Of a stretch of DNA of 64,000 bases, positions 29,636 through 39,772 are shown piece after piece. This stretch comes from Gammaproteobacteria bacterium (lineage in GTDB: Bacteria; Pseudomonadota; Gammaproteobacteria; Eutrophobiales; Eutrophobiaceae). Made by a program: the position numbers and the translations under genes. Where the stretch lies: NCBI GenBank assembly GCA_965243205.1, contig CBDEUK010000001.1, positions 256,001 through 320,000 of the forward strand, written 5' to 3'. The stretch's first letter is position 1. Each line of letters begins with the position of its first letter. The notes under the pieces are model-generated. The model was not told the origin of the DNA. It worked only from the letters and a program-made list of their open reading frames with translations, and did not search any database.

Positions 29636-29662
29636 TTATCGACGCCAATTGATAAAACTTTA
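29636..29662 (-). promoter_or_regulatory. sigma28 (FliA) promoter of fliC
   Basis: Minus strand TAAA-N15-GTCGATAA (TAAAGTTT extended -35). Confidence 0.85.
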
Positions 29663-29797
29663 ATTTAATTTATATGAACTGGTTCTCTAAGACTGTGTTT
29701 CTACTAAAGAAACCCATTTGTTGAGTTTTTTCCATGCAAATCATCTCAGAGTGCCCATCAACTTCATGAAAAACGGCCTTGCTTACGTCTGAATCTA

Positions 29798-29813
29798 AGG
29801 CATGGAATATGCA
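29798..29813 (+). promoter_or_regulatory. Putative sigma54 promoter of the glycosylation operon
   Basis: AGGCATGGAATATGCA (GG-N10-GC) 36 bp before ATG 29850. Confidence 0.55.
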
Positions 29814-29849
29814 TTTGATGCATTACTATTAATAAGTAATGTAAAAAAC

Positions 29850-30731
29850 ATGAGTAAATTCAAAGGCATTGTACTAGCTGGTGGGCAAGGTGTTCGTTTA
29901 CGACCTATGACCACAGCGGTGAATAAACATTTATTGCCGGTCTATGATAAACCGATGATTTATTACCCTATCTCAGTTCTAGCACAAGCAGGAATTCGAG
30001 AAATATTACTCATTACAACTTCTCAATCACTCGATGCTTATGAACAACTATTAGGTGATGGCAGTAAATTTGGAATGGATATCCAATACACTATACAAGA
30101 TCAACCTAATGGTGTTGCCGAAGCATTATTACTCTCTAAGAAATTTATCGGCAACGATAATATTTCTTTAATTTTAGGTGATAACTTTTTTTATGGACCA
30201 TCCGTTGCCAACCATTTAGCTCAAGCCATAGAAAATGAATCTGGCGCTACTGTATTTGCCTATCCTGTGAGTGATCCAGAACGTTTTGGTATCGTTGAAT
30301 TTGATAAACAAGGCAAAGCCATCAAGCTGCAAGAAAAACCTAAATTTCCAAATTCAAAATATGCCGTCACAGGTTTATATTTTTATGACAATAAAGCACT
30401 TGAGTATGCAGAAACGCTTTCACCATCCGCTCGTGGCGAACTTGAAATCACTGATATTAATCAACACTATCTATCAAGTGACTCTCTTAATGTGCAAATC
30501 TTCGGTGAAGACAATCTTTGGTTTGACTTGGGTACTCATGAATCGTTATTGCAAGCGGGTAATTTAGTTCGAGAGATTCAATCTCAAAATAATATTCAAA
30601 TTGGCTGTATTGAAGAAATAGCACTCTCTAAGGGCTGGATAGATAAAGAACTTTTTAAGGATCTTGCATTAAACATGTTAAACACCTCTTACGGTCGTTA
30701 TCTTAATAATATCTATACAATGGAACTGTGA
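29850..30731 (+). CDS. rmlA: Glucose-1-phosphate thymidylyltransferase
   Basis: KGIVLAGGQGVRLRP, LPVYDKPMIYYP, SARGELEITD; start MSKFKG preferred to 29802. Confidence 0.95.
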   Translation: MSKFKGIVLAGGQGVRLRPMTTAVNKHLLPVYDKPMIYYPISVLAQAGIREILLITTSQSLDAYEQLLGDGSKFGMDIQYTIQDQPNGVAEALLLSKKFIGNDNISLILGDNFFYGPSVANHLAQAIENESGATVFAYPVSDPERFGIVEFDKQGKAIKLQEKPKFPNSKYAVTGLYFYDNKALEYAETLSPSARGELEITDINQHYLSSDSLNVQIFGEDNLWFDLGTHESLLQAGNLVREIQSQNNIQIGCIEEIALSKGWIDKELFKDLALNMLNTSYGRYLNNIYTMEL

Positions 30732-30740
30732 GAAAGAATT

Positions 30741-31814
30741 ATGACGATATTAGTTACAGGTGGTGCTGGTTTTATAGGTTCTAACTTTATTCATTATTAT
30801 TTAAACAAATATAATGAGACAGTCATCAATATAGACAAGCTTAATTATGCAGGTCGACTAGATAATCTTTCTGAGATACAAAATGATGCGCGATATCATT
30901 TTTATCATTTTGATATTGCCAATCATGAAAAATTATCCGAAGTATTATCTCAACATAAGCCAACTACTATCGTACATTTTGCAGCGGAAAGCCATGTTGA
31001 TAATTCTATAAAAAAACCTTATGAGTTCGTCAGTAATAATATTTTAGGAACATTATCTTTATTGAATACTGTTTTGAGCTATTTTGAAAACCTTGATTCT
31101 GATGCCCAAAAACAGTTTAAATTAATTCACATTTCTACAGATGAAGTATTTGGTTCTTTGAATCTTGACGAACAATCGTTTACTGAAACCAGTCAATATT
31201 CGCCTAATAGTCCATACGCTGCTTCAAAAGCAGGAGCGGATCATTTATCCCGTGCCTGGAATAAAACGTTTAATTTACCAATTATCACTTCTAATTGCTC
31301 TAATAATTACGGACCAAGACAATTTCCAGAAAAATTAATACCTGTGGTTATTTCAAAAGCATTATCAGGTTTAAAAATACCAGTCTATGGTGATGGTTTA
31401 AATATAAGAGATTGGTTACATGTTGAAGATCATTGCAAAGCCATTGATATGTTAATACATCAAGGAAAAATCGGCGAGACTTATAATGTCGGTGGTAATC
31501 ATGAAATGACAAATCGTGATTTAGTCTCAATGATATGTTCAATACTCGATGAATTAATTCCATTAAAAGATAAATTATATTCAGAACAAATTGAATATGT
31601 AGAAGATCGTCGAGGCCATGATCGACGTTATAGCATTAATTCAGAAAAAATTAAGCATGAGATGGGTTGGGAACCCACTGTTGATTTTGAGAAAGGTATA
31701 AAATCGACAATTGAATGGTATTTAAATCATTCAGAATGGTTATTTAAATCACTGGATCATTCTACTGAATTAAAAACCAACTCGAGCAATCTCAAATCCA
31801 TATCAAATTTTTAA
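30741..31814 (+). CDS. rmlB: dTDP-glucose 4,6-dehydratase
   Basis: VTGGAGFIGSNF, AAESHVDNSI, STDEVFG, YAASK, SNNYGP. Confidence 0.96.
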   Translation: MTILVTGGAGFIGSNFIHYYLNKYNETVINIDKLNYAGRLDNLSEIQNDARYHFYHFDIANHEKLSEVLSQHKPTTIVHFAAESHVDNSIKKPYEFVSNNILGTLSLLNTVLSYFENLDSDAQKQFKLIHISTDEVFGSLNLDEQSFTETSQYSPNSPYAASKAGADHLSRAWNKTFNLPIITSNCSNNYGPRQFPEKLIPVVISKALSGLKIPVYGDGLNIRDWLHVEDHCKAIDMLIHQGKIGETYNVGGNHEMTNRDLVSMICSILDELIPLKDKLYSEQIEYVEDRRGHDRRYSINSEKIKHEMGWEPTVDFEKGIKSTIEWYLNHSEWLFKSLDHSTELKTNSSNLKSISNF

Positions 31815-31815
31815 T

Positions 31816-32484
31816 ATGACTACAAAGCTTATTATTTATGGTAACGGTGATATGGCTAAAATGATGTTCCATTTTAGCAAACATGATTTTGATGTTGTTG
31901 GCTTTACTGTAGATAAACATATAAATAACCAAGAAACATTAGAAGCATTACCTGTTATCGATTTTGAATCTATTACAGAAGCGTTTGAACCGAATACGCA
32001 TAAGATGTTAATAGCCGTAGGTTTCGTCGAAATGAATGATATCCGACAACAACGCTATTTAGCGGCTAAGCAAATGGGATATAAATTCATAAATTTTATT
32101 CATAATACTGCATCAATAAACCATTGTGATATTGGCGAAAACAATATCATTTTAGATCATGTTTCTATTCACCCTGGCAGCCGTTTAGGTAATAGCAATT
32201 TCATAAGCAGCAATACGAATATCGGTCATGGATGTTCGATAAACGATGCTTGTTGGATAAATGCAGGTGTTGGTATTGGTGGTGAAACTAAGCTCGGCAA
32301 TAATTGTTTTGTCGGCATCAATGCGACCATTGGGCAAGGAATTACAATAAATCCTAAAACATTTATTGGAGCAAACTCGTTGATCAATAATGATACGGAA
32401 AATGATTCAGTATATTTAACCCAAAATGCCGAAAAGTTTCGATTAAATAGTCAACAATTTCTAAACTTTTCTAATTCATTATGA
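31816..32484 (+). CDS. Hexapeptide-repeat sugar acyl/acetyltransferase (NeuD/PglD/VioB family)
   Basis: N-terminal Rossmann-like IIYGNG, left-handed beta-helix repeats, IGHG. Confidence 0.85.
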   Translation: MTTKLIIYGNGDMAKMMFHFSKHDFDVVGFTVDKHINNQETLEALPVIDFESITEAFEPNTHKMLIAVGFVEMNDIRQQRYLAAKQMGYKFINFIHNTASINHCDIGENNIILDHVSIHPGSRLGNSNFISSNTNIGHGCSINDACWINAGVGIGGETKLGNNCFVGINATIGQGITINPKTFIGANSLINNDTENDSVYLTQNAEKFRLNSQQFLNFSNSL

Positions 32485-34022
32485 AAAATCCATTAGATCA
32501 ATATAACTCTATCTACTCAGCATTTCATGAACATGTCGAAAGTGTTCCTGATAAATGCGCTGTTGTATTTGAAGATACTCAAATTAGTTATTCTGAATTA
32601 AACCAGAAGGTATTGAATCTATGCCATCATCTAAAATCCAAAGGCATCCAATCTGGTGATTCTGTTGCAGTAATATTACCGAATTGCTATGAATATACGG
32701 TTATTTTATTAGCTGCTTCCAAACTAAAACTCCTACTTGTACCATTTAATATTGGTTTACCAGTTCATTCCATTTTATCAAATTACCAATCATTAGATAT
32801 AAAATATTCTTTTGTATGGTTTGGATTAATTGATGAAGTTTTAAATATTGATAATTCAATAAGCGATTCGCTTATTAGCATTGGCAATTCAGATCTACAA
32901 AATCAAAATGATTTCAAAGAAATTGAATCTATAAAAAACCACATATCTGATTCAGATAATACATTTGATGATGAAGATTCCCCTTATATTATCTGTATGA
33001 CATCTGGCTCAACAGGAAATCCAAAACCGATTGTTCTAAATCAAAAAACCAAACTAAAGCGCATTAAAGCACTAGAAGATAATTATGGTGTCAATAATAA
33101 TGATGTTACTTTAGCAGCCACGCCTCTTTATCATTCGTTAGCTATGCGCTTAGTACTTCAACCACTAACAATGGGTGGAACTAGTATCATACTCAATGGT
33201 TTTAGCGTAAAGAAATGGATTTCATCAATAAAAGAACATGGCATCAGTTTTACCATTGCAGTTTCATCTCAGCTAAAACAAATTTCTGAACATTTACAAA
33301 CAGAAAATAATTATTTTAATTCTTTACGAGTTTTAGTTTCTTCATCTGAACAACTAAATGTTTTTGTAAAACAAAAATTAATAAACCATCTCAAATGTGA
33401 ATTTCATGAATGTTATGGCACATCAGAAATTGGGATTGCCAGTAATTTAAATACAACAAGTGAATCAAAAATCCATTCTGTTGGCAAAGCTATAAACGAA
33501 GTCGACATCGTCATTTTAGACGACGACTATAAAACATTAGCAAGTAATTGTATTGGTGAAATTGCTTGCAATACTTCAATGGTATTTTCTGAGTATTTAG
33601 GCCAACCCGAAACGACTAAAAAATCTTTTTATAATGATTATTTCTTAACAGGAGATTTAGGTTATTTAGATGATGATGGCTATTTACATTATAAAGGACG
33701 AAAAAAAGAATTGATTATTTCAGGCGGCATAAACATTTATCCAAAAGACATTGAAGATACGATCAAACAGTTAGACGGTGCAAAAGAAGTCGCCGCTATT
33801 CCTAAACAAGATACTAATCTTGGCGAAGTTGTGATCGTATTTATTGTTAAAGAAAAAGAAACTGACTTATCTTTAAAAACACTTAAACAACATTGCGCTA
33901 AAAATCTAGCCGACTTTCAATTTCCTAGAGAATTTCATTTCACAGATGAATTGCCTAAAAACTCTCTAGGAAAAATTCAAAAACATCGCTTACGAGATAA
34001 CAACTTAGCTGAAATAGCATGA
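32481..34022 (+). CDS. AMP-dependent acyl-CoA/acyl-ACP ligase
   Basis: MTSGSTGNPK, YGTSE, TGDLG, GRKKELII, PKNSLGKI. Confidence 0.92.
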   Translation: MKNPLDQYNSIYSAFHEHVESVPDKCAVVFEDTQISYSELNQKVLNLCHHLKSKGIQSGDSVAVILPNCYEYTVILLAASKLKLLLVPFNIGLPVHSILSNYQSLDIKYSFVWFGLIDEVLNIDNSISDSLISIGNSDLQNQNDFKEIESIKNHISDSDNTFDDEDSPYIICMTSGSTGNPKPIVLNQKTKLKRIKALEDNYGVNNNDVTLAATPLYHSLAMRLVLQPLTMGGTSIILNGFSVKKWISSIKEHGISFTIAVSSQLKQISEHLQTENNYFNSLRVLVSSSEQLNVFVKQKLINHLKCEFHECYGTSEIGIASNLNTTSESKIHSVGKAINEVDIVILDDDYKTLASNCIGEIACNTSMVFSEYLGQPETTKKSFYNDYFLTGDLGYLDDDGYLHYKGRKKELIISGGINIYPKDIEDTIKQLDGAKEVAAIPKQDTNLGEVVIVFIVKEKETDLSLKTLKQHCAKNLADFQFPREFHFTDELPKNSLGKIQKHRLRDNNLAEIA

Positions 34023-35230
34023 ATATTACTCATTTAAATAAAACCATTCCTTTTAAATTAGGATTTATAGGCGGCTCTACTCGTTCAGCAATTGGCTTAA
34101 CACATTATTTAGCCAGCAGAATGGATAATTATTTTGTTTTAGAAGCAGGTTGTTTTTCACGAAACTCAAATAATAACAATTATACGGCAAAAGAATGGAA
34201 CGTTGATAAATCACGAACATATGATAACTGGCAAGATTTACTCGAAAATGAAACACGAAAATTAGATGCCATCGTTATTCTAACTCCTACTCCAGATCAT
34301 TTTACGATTATTTCCAAAGCACTTGAATTGGGTTACCCGGTAATATCAGAAAAAAGCTTAGCTACTAACAGCCATGAGGCTGAAACAATTAAATCCTTAC
34401 TTGAAAAAAACAAAGGGTTTTTATCGGTAACGTATAACTACTCCGGCTATCCAATGCTACGTGAATTGAAGCATCGCATTGAAAAAGGTGAATTTGGGCA
34501 GTTATTACATACTCAAATAGAAATGCCGCAAGAAGGCTTTATACGAGAAAATCAAAACGGTTCACATAATCTACCTCAAGAATGGCGACAAAAAGATTTA
34601 TCAATCCCTGGGATCACTTTAGATTTAGGAACTCATTGTCATCATCTAATCTCTTTTTTAACGAATGGATATAAGCCACTTGAAGCAATCAGTGACCAGG
34701 CACAATATGGTTTTTTACCTAATGTAATAGATGACGTTAGTGCATTGATAAAATATGAAAATAATTTTAGAGCCAATGTTTGGTTCAGTAAAAGTTCTAT
34801 TGGCCATCGTAATGGTTTAAAGGTAAGAATATACGGTAGTAAAGCCAGTGCTGAATGGTTACAAGAAGATTCTGAAAAGCTATCTATTAATTATGTGGAT
34901 GGGCAAAAAACAATCGTTGATCGTTCTTCTATTTCTGAAGTGGCATCAAATCATCGATACAATCGATTTAAGGTCGGACACCCATCAGGATTCATCGAAG
35001 CATTTTCTAATTTATATAAAGATATTGCATTGGATTTGGATTTTTACTTTAAAAATATAGAGCAAAATTCAAGATATGTATTTGGTATAGAACATGCATT
35101 GGAAGGGTTATATTTATTCGAAGCAATGCAAGAATCATTAAAAACCAAGTCATGGACATCTGTTAAAAATTCAATTCATCATCAAGAATCATGCAAACCG
35201 ATATTAAAGCATTCATCATCAAACTATTAG
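34019..35230 (+). CDS. Gfo/Idh/MocA family oxidoreductase
   Basis: LGFIGGSTRSAIG, TPTPDH, SEK, DLGTH, GHPSGFIEAF. Confidence 0.88.
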   Translation: MNITHLNKTIPFKLGFIGGSTRSAIGLTHYLASRMDNYFVLEAGCFSRNSNNNNYTAKEWNVDKSRTYDNWQDLLENETRKLDAIVILTPTPDHFTIISKALELGYPVISEKSLATNSHEAETIKSLLEKNKGFLSVTYNYSGYPMLRELKHRIEKGEFGQLLHTQIEMPQEGFIRENQNGSHNLPQEWRQKDLSIPGITLDLGTHCHHLISFLTNGYKPLEAISDQAQYGFLPNVIDDVSALIKYENNFRANVWFSKSSIGHRNGLKVRIYGSKASAEWLQEDSEKLSINYVDGQKTIVDRSSISEVASNHRYNRFKVGHPSGFIEAFSNLYKDIALDLDFYFKNIEQNSRYVFGIEHALEGLYLFEAMQESLKTKSWTSVKNSIHHQESCKPILKHSSSNY

Positions 35231-35448
35231 AAGCTAAGGGAACACTTCCTAAAAACCAAGATCTTGATGATTATCGATATTTAGATAACGGTCATATAGA
35301 TTCTCTGAGTTTGATTAAATTTATAAATAATATTGAACTTGAATATGATATTGAACTAAACGATGACGAAATAATGTCTGAAAATTTTCGTACTGTCTCA
35401 GGTTTAACCTCTTTGCTAGAAAATAAGTGCAATCAACTTACATCTTAA
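35191..35448 (+). CDS. Acyl/aminoacyl carrier protein
   Basis: GHIDSLSLI phosphopantetheine motif, ENFRTV. Confidence 0.85.
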   Translation: MQTDIKAFIIKLLEAKGTLPKNQDLDDYRYLDNGHIDSLSLIKFINNIELEYDIELNDDEIMSENFRTVSGLTSLLENKCNQLTS

Positions 35449-35460
35449 CTGGATACAAAA

Positions 35461-36756
35461 ATGAATCTGCATAATAGTTCTATCGATGACTATAAAAAAT
35501 ACATGCTACCAGTACTTGATTTCAGGTCGATCATTATAGAAAAAGGCCAAGGTTCTTATGTATGGGATTGCAATGGAAATCAATATCTGGATTTAAATAG
35601 CGGTCAATTTTGTTCTGTTTTCGGACATTCTGATCCTGGCATAGCCAATCAACTAAGCCATATCAGTAATACTATTCAAGATACTGATACATCAACTCTT
35701 TCTAAAGATGTGTTAATCGCCGCTAAAAAGATACATGGTATAACCCCCGAAATGAATTCTCGTGTGCTATTTCTTTCTACAGGCGCAGAAGCAAATGAAT
35801 GCTGTTTAAAATATGCTAAACACCTTAAAGAGAAAGACGGCATTGTTGCTTTTGATCGAGGCTATCATGGATTAACCCATGGAACCGCAGGCTATTCTAT
35901 GTCAAGGAGTCGTATTAGACCTACATTAGATCATTCATTTACAGTGTCTGTACCACAGGCTTTTTATGAAGATGATTTAAATAAAGATGAAATAGATACT
36001 TATGTTTCTGAATTTGAAACTGTTATTTCAAATAATATCGATCATATTGCCGCAGCTATTTTTGAACCGATAGTTTCTGGTGGAGGATTTTATTTTCCAC
36101 CAAAATATTATTTTCAACGTATACGAGAAATATGTGATCGATATGAAATATTTCTAATATTTGACGAATGCCAAACTGGGTTCGGTCGAACTGGCTCTTG
36201 GTTTTATTACCAACAGATAGAATGTATTCCAGATTTTATTGTTACGGCAAAAGCGATTGGCTTAGGTTTTCCTGTTGCTAGTGTAATTGCAAATGGCAAT
36301 ACTATTAATAATGATAGATTCTTAATGCAACATTTTAGTTCTCATCAAAATGAACCTTTCTCTGGTTCATTAATTAGCTATGGCATCGATAGAATAAATA
36401 ATGAAGATATTCTGAACAATAATATTAGATTAGGGAATTATTTAATCAGATCACTAAACACATTAAGCAACCATCACAAACAAATAACCGCGCCCAGAGG
36501 GAAAGGCTTGATGTGTGCATTTGATTTATCTTTCCCTGATGTTCTAAATGATAGTGATTATAAAATCATTGGTGAAAATTTTTGCCTAACTGCTTTAAAT
36601 CATGGGCTTTTACTTCAACACTGTAATAATGGCAAAACCATTCGTTTACTGCCTAATTTCAAAGTCACTGAATCTGAAATTGATGAATGCATGAATTCAT
36701 TAAATGACACTATTTCAGAATTCACTTTTAATAATTACGAATATAAATGCGCATAA
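35461..36756 (+). CDS. Class III PLP aminotransferase
   Basis: STGAEANE, GYHG, FEP, DECQTGFGRTG, AKAIG. Confidence 0.92.
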   Translation: MNLHNSSIDDYKKYMLPVLDFRSIIIEKGQGSYVWDCNGNQYLDLNSGQFCSVFGHSDPGIANQLSHISNTIQDTDTSTLSKDVLIAAKKIHGITPEMNSRVLFLSTGAEANECCLKYAKHLKEKDGIVAFDRGYHGLTHGTAGYSMSRSRIRPTLDHSFTVSVPQAFYEDDLNKDEIDTYVSEFETVISNNIDHIAAAIFEPIVSGGGFYFPPKYYFQRIREICDRYEIFLIFDECQTGFGRTGSWFYYQQIECIPDFIVTAKAIGLGFPVASVIANGNTINNDRFLMQHFSSHQNEPFSGSLISYGIDRINNEDILNNNIRLGNYLIRSLNTLSNHHKQITAPRGKGLMCAFDLSFPDVLNDSDYKIIGENFCLTALNHGLLLQHCNNGKTIRLLPNFKVTESEIDECMNSLNDTISEFTFNNYEYKCA

Positions 36757-36786
36757 TCATTTATAAATAAAAAACTGAGATAAAAA

Positions 36787-37833
36787 ATGAAATACATCGA
36801 ACAAGCAATATCATCCATGTCAGATAAAACTGTTGTCTACTGGGGTGCAGGAAGACGATTGAGTAGCTTCATTCAAGAATACTGTATCGATAATAATCAT
36901 TTACCTTTGCCTGATTATGTGTGTGATAGTACACGTGATGTTGAAGAAGAATCAATTATGGGTGTTCCAGTCATTGATTTTCAAAAAGTTCGAGAAATGA
37001 AAGCTGCCGATACCATATTAGTCATTACTGCTGGCTTAATGGATTTACAAGCACAAGTCATTAAAAGTGAATTTTATTATTTTCCAATGTATCACTGTCG
37101 ATCATTTGAAACATATTTTTATCTGCAAAAAAATCATGAAAAATATCAAGGTTCATTAGAATTATTGGCTGATGAACATTCACGGTCTGTCTATTCAGGC
37201 TGTTTGAATGGAATTATGCAAGGTTCACTATGGAATCAAGCTTTATACGAACCTGAAGCATACTTTAGTAACGATATCATTGGTAAATTAAAAGATGATA
37301 CGCAATTGGTTTTTGCAGGTGCTTTTAACGGTAAACATATAGAAAGGATGTTAAGAAATAATGATAAAATCAGTGTCGATGCTTGTGAGCCCAGTCGTCG
37401 CTGGCATGCTTATTTGACAAATAAATTTAAACAATATCCTGATATAACCATACATAACAATATTCTTTGGCACCAAAAAGACCAATTAAAATTTCAAGAC
37501 GATGCATCTAACGAAGGTTTGGATGCTCATGTATGTTCAGATGCTACTGAATATAGCTATCTAGTTGATAGTATCGATATAGATTCGTTAATGAATAAAA
37601 AAGTTACTCAAATTGCATTGGATGTTGAAGGCTCTGAACAAAAAGTTTTAAACGGTGCTAAAAATACTATTCTTCGTGATCGACCAGACTTAACGATATG
37701 CCTGTATCATTCGATGGATGACTTTATCAATATCCCTCATCTTATTAATGATATGACTGATGGTGAGTACAAATTTTATGTCAAACAGCATTCTTGCGTA
37801 ACAGCGATTGAAACTGTCTTATATGCAGTCTAA
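36787..37833 (+). CDS. FkbM family methyltransferase with N-terminal Rossmann-like domain
   Basis: WGAG N-domain, AGAFNG, LDVEGSE...GAKNTI...PDLTICLYH. Confidence 0.8.
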   Translation: MKYIEQAISSMSDKTVVYWGAGRRLSSFIQEYCIDNNHLPLPDYVCDSTRDVEEESIMGVPVIDFQKVREMKAADTILVITAGLMDLQAQVIKSEFYYFPMYHCRSFETYFYLQKNHEKYQGSLELLADEHSRSVYSGCLNGIMQGSLWNQALYEPEAYFSNDIIGKLKDDTQLVFAGAFNGKHIERMLRNNDKISVDACEPSRRWHAYLTNKFKQYPDITIHNNILWHQKDQLKFQDDASNEGLDAHVCSDATEYSYLVDSIDIDSLMNKKVTQIALDVEGSEQKVLNGAKNTILRDRPDLTICLYHSMDDFINIPHLINDMTDGEYKFYVKQHSCVTAIETVLYAV

Positions 37834-37838
37834 ATAGA

Positions 37839-39713
37839 CTAAGCTTGAATATAGTCGTCTAAGTTGAAGGACTTCGTTAATACCCAATACTCAGAACAAC
37901 CATATGGCCAGTTTTGTGATACTCGTCCAGTTTTATCTTTATACCATGATGTAACTGAGTCTAAACCCCAAGCACGTTTTTCATTGCCATCATCTATCCA
38001 TTGATTGTATTCATTATAGACAGACTCTTTACAAACAACTGAATTAATTTTTTGCTGTTTTATCGTCTGAATACATTCAGTAATGTAGCGAGATTGACAC
38101 TCAGAAAAAAACGTTATACTACCGTTGACAACCACATTCGTATTTGGACCAAACATCACAAATAAGTTAGGCATTTTAGGAACGCTCATCCCTAAATAAG
38201 CACGTGGTGATTGATGCCATACATCTTTTAGACTTTCACTTTTAGAACCTTCAACGTTTATTCCAGTTAAAAACTCATTGGCAGTAAAGCCAGTCGCACA
38301 AATAACAACATCTGCTTTTCTATAGATACCATTATTCGTGGTTAAACCTTCTTCATCTATTGATGATAATTTATCTGTAACTAGCTCGACCTGTTCTTTT
38401 TGTAACATTTTTAGCCAGGAACCATCATCTAATAAAATACGTTTTGCGCCAGGGGGATAATCTGGAATTACTTTTTCATATAAAGGATTATCTTTTTCAA
38501 TATACGTTGAGAAAAATTCTAATAATGTATTTTTAAAATTCTTATTCTCTTCGCTCTCTATAATTTCTTGTTTATTTTTTTGTAATGTAATTTGAGTTAA
38601 AAACCCTTGATCAGCGTTAAAAAATGCCATGCTACGAAAAAACTCACGGTAATATTTTATTTCACTCATGACAAAATTTTGCAGTTCGGGTACAGGTTTT
38701 TTTAAATGTGGAATATGATGAAACCAGTTTGGACTTCGTTGATAAATCGTTAATGACTCACATTTTTCTGCTATGAGAGGAGCGAATTGTATAGCACTTG
38801 CTGCAGCGCCAACGATAGCCACCTTTTTATTTTCAATATCAACATTGTGATCCCATAATGCTGAATGAAAGATATTGCCATTAAATTTCTCAATTCCTGG
38901 TATCTCCGGCATATTAGGGTTATCCAGTTGCCCAACTGCCGAAACAACAAACTGACTCAAAAAAGTATGTTTTTCATCACCATTATCAGCAACAGATATC
39001 GCCCATTGATTTAATTCTTCTTGCCAAATTAAATCTGTGACGCGGGTAGAAAATTGTATATGACTAAGAATATCGTGTTGTTCTACACAGTCTTGTAAAT
39101 ACTTATGAATACTATTTTGCTGTGCATATATGTCCTGCCATTGATAATCACTAAAAAAAGAGTATCCATATAAAAGATTTGCAACATCAACTCGACAACC
39201 AGGATAGGTATTTTGTTGCCATGTACCTCCAAGAGATGAGTTTTTTTCTAAGATGGTAAATGGTATTCCTGCTTTTTTTAAAGATATAGCCATGACAATT
39301 CCGGATATGCCTGCACCAATAATCGTGACTATAGGTTCCTTATTTTCATCAAAAGACGCATAAGTTCCCATTTCATCAGAATCACTTGGTAAAAAACCAC
39401 CTTGTTCAAAATATAATGATAATTGTGATTCTTCTGCTGTCGATAACAACCACTTGATAACATCAATGACTTGTTTGCTATTTATTTCTGGTTTTTTTTT
39501 ATCTTTATGTTGATGGTCTACTTGTTGTTGTAACCACTCTGATAGCTCGAAAAATATTTTGGATTGATTCGTAATAAAAGCTTGTTTATCTTGTAGTTGA
39601 CTTGGTAAAACTTCTGATAGTAATTCATATCTGTTCGTATCCAATACCATTGCTGATATTAAACAAGGTAAATTAGATATGGATATGATATCTATGGCTG
39701 TAAACTTACTCAT
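37839..39713 (-). CDS. Flavin-containing monooxygenase, Baeyer-Villiger type (4-hydroxyacetophenone monooxygenase-like)
   Basis: GAGISG, GGTWQQNTYPGCRVD, BVMO fingerprint FNGNIFHSALWD, ATGF; N-terminal extension. Confidence 0.88.
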   Translation of the reverse strand: MSKFTAIDIISISNLPCLISAMVLDTNRYELLSEVLPSQLQDKQAFITNQSKIFFELSEWLQQQVDHQHKDKKKPEINSKQVIDVIKWLLSTAEESQLSLYFEQGGFLPSDSDEMGTYASFDENKEPIVTIIGAGISGIVMAISLKKAGIPFTILEKNSSLGGTWQQNTYPGCRVDVANLLYGYSFFSDYQWQDIYAQQNSIHKYLQDCVEQHDILSHIQFSTRVTDLIWQEELNQWAISVADNGDEKHTFLSQFVVSAVGQLDNPNMPEIPGIEKFNGNIFHSALWDHNVDIENKKVAIVGAAASAIQFAPLIAEKCESLTIYQRSPNWFHHIPHLKKPVPELQNFVMSEIKYYREFFRSMAFFNADQGFLTQITLQKNKQEIIESEENKNFKNTLLEFFSTYIEKDNPLYEKVIPDYPPGAKRILLDDGSWLKMLQKEQVELVTDKLSSIDEEGLTTNNGIYRKADVVICATGFTANEFLTGINVEGSKSESLKDVWHQSPRAYLGMSVPKMPNLFVMFGPNTNVVVNGSITFFSECQSRYITECIQTIKQQKINSVVCKESVYNEYNQWIDDGNEKRAWGLDSVTSWYKDKTGRVSQNWPYGCSEYWVLTKSFNLDDYIQA

Positions 39714-39772
39714 AAATTTACTTTTTTATAATCTCAAAAAATCATTCTATATGTAAAAAAAACTCATTTAAG

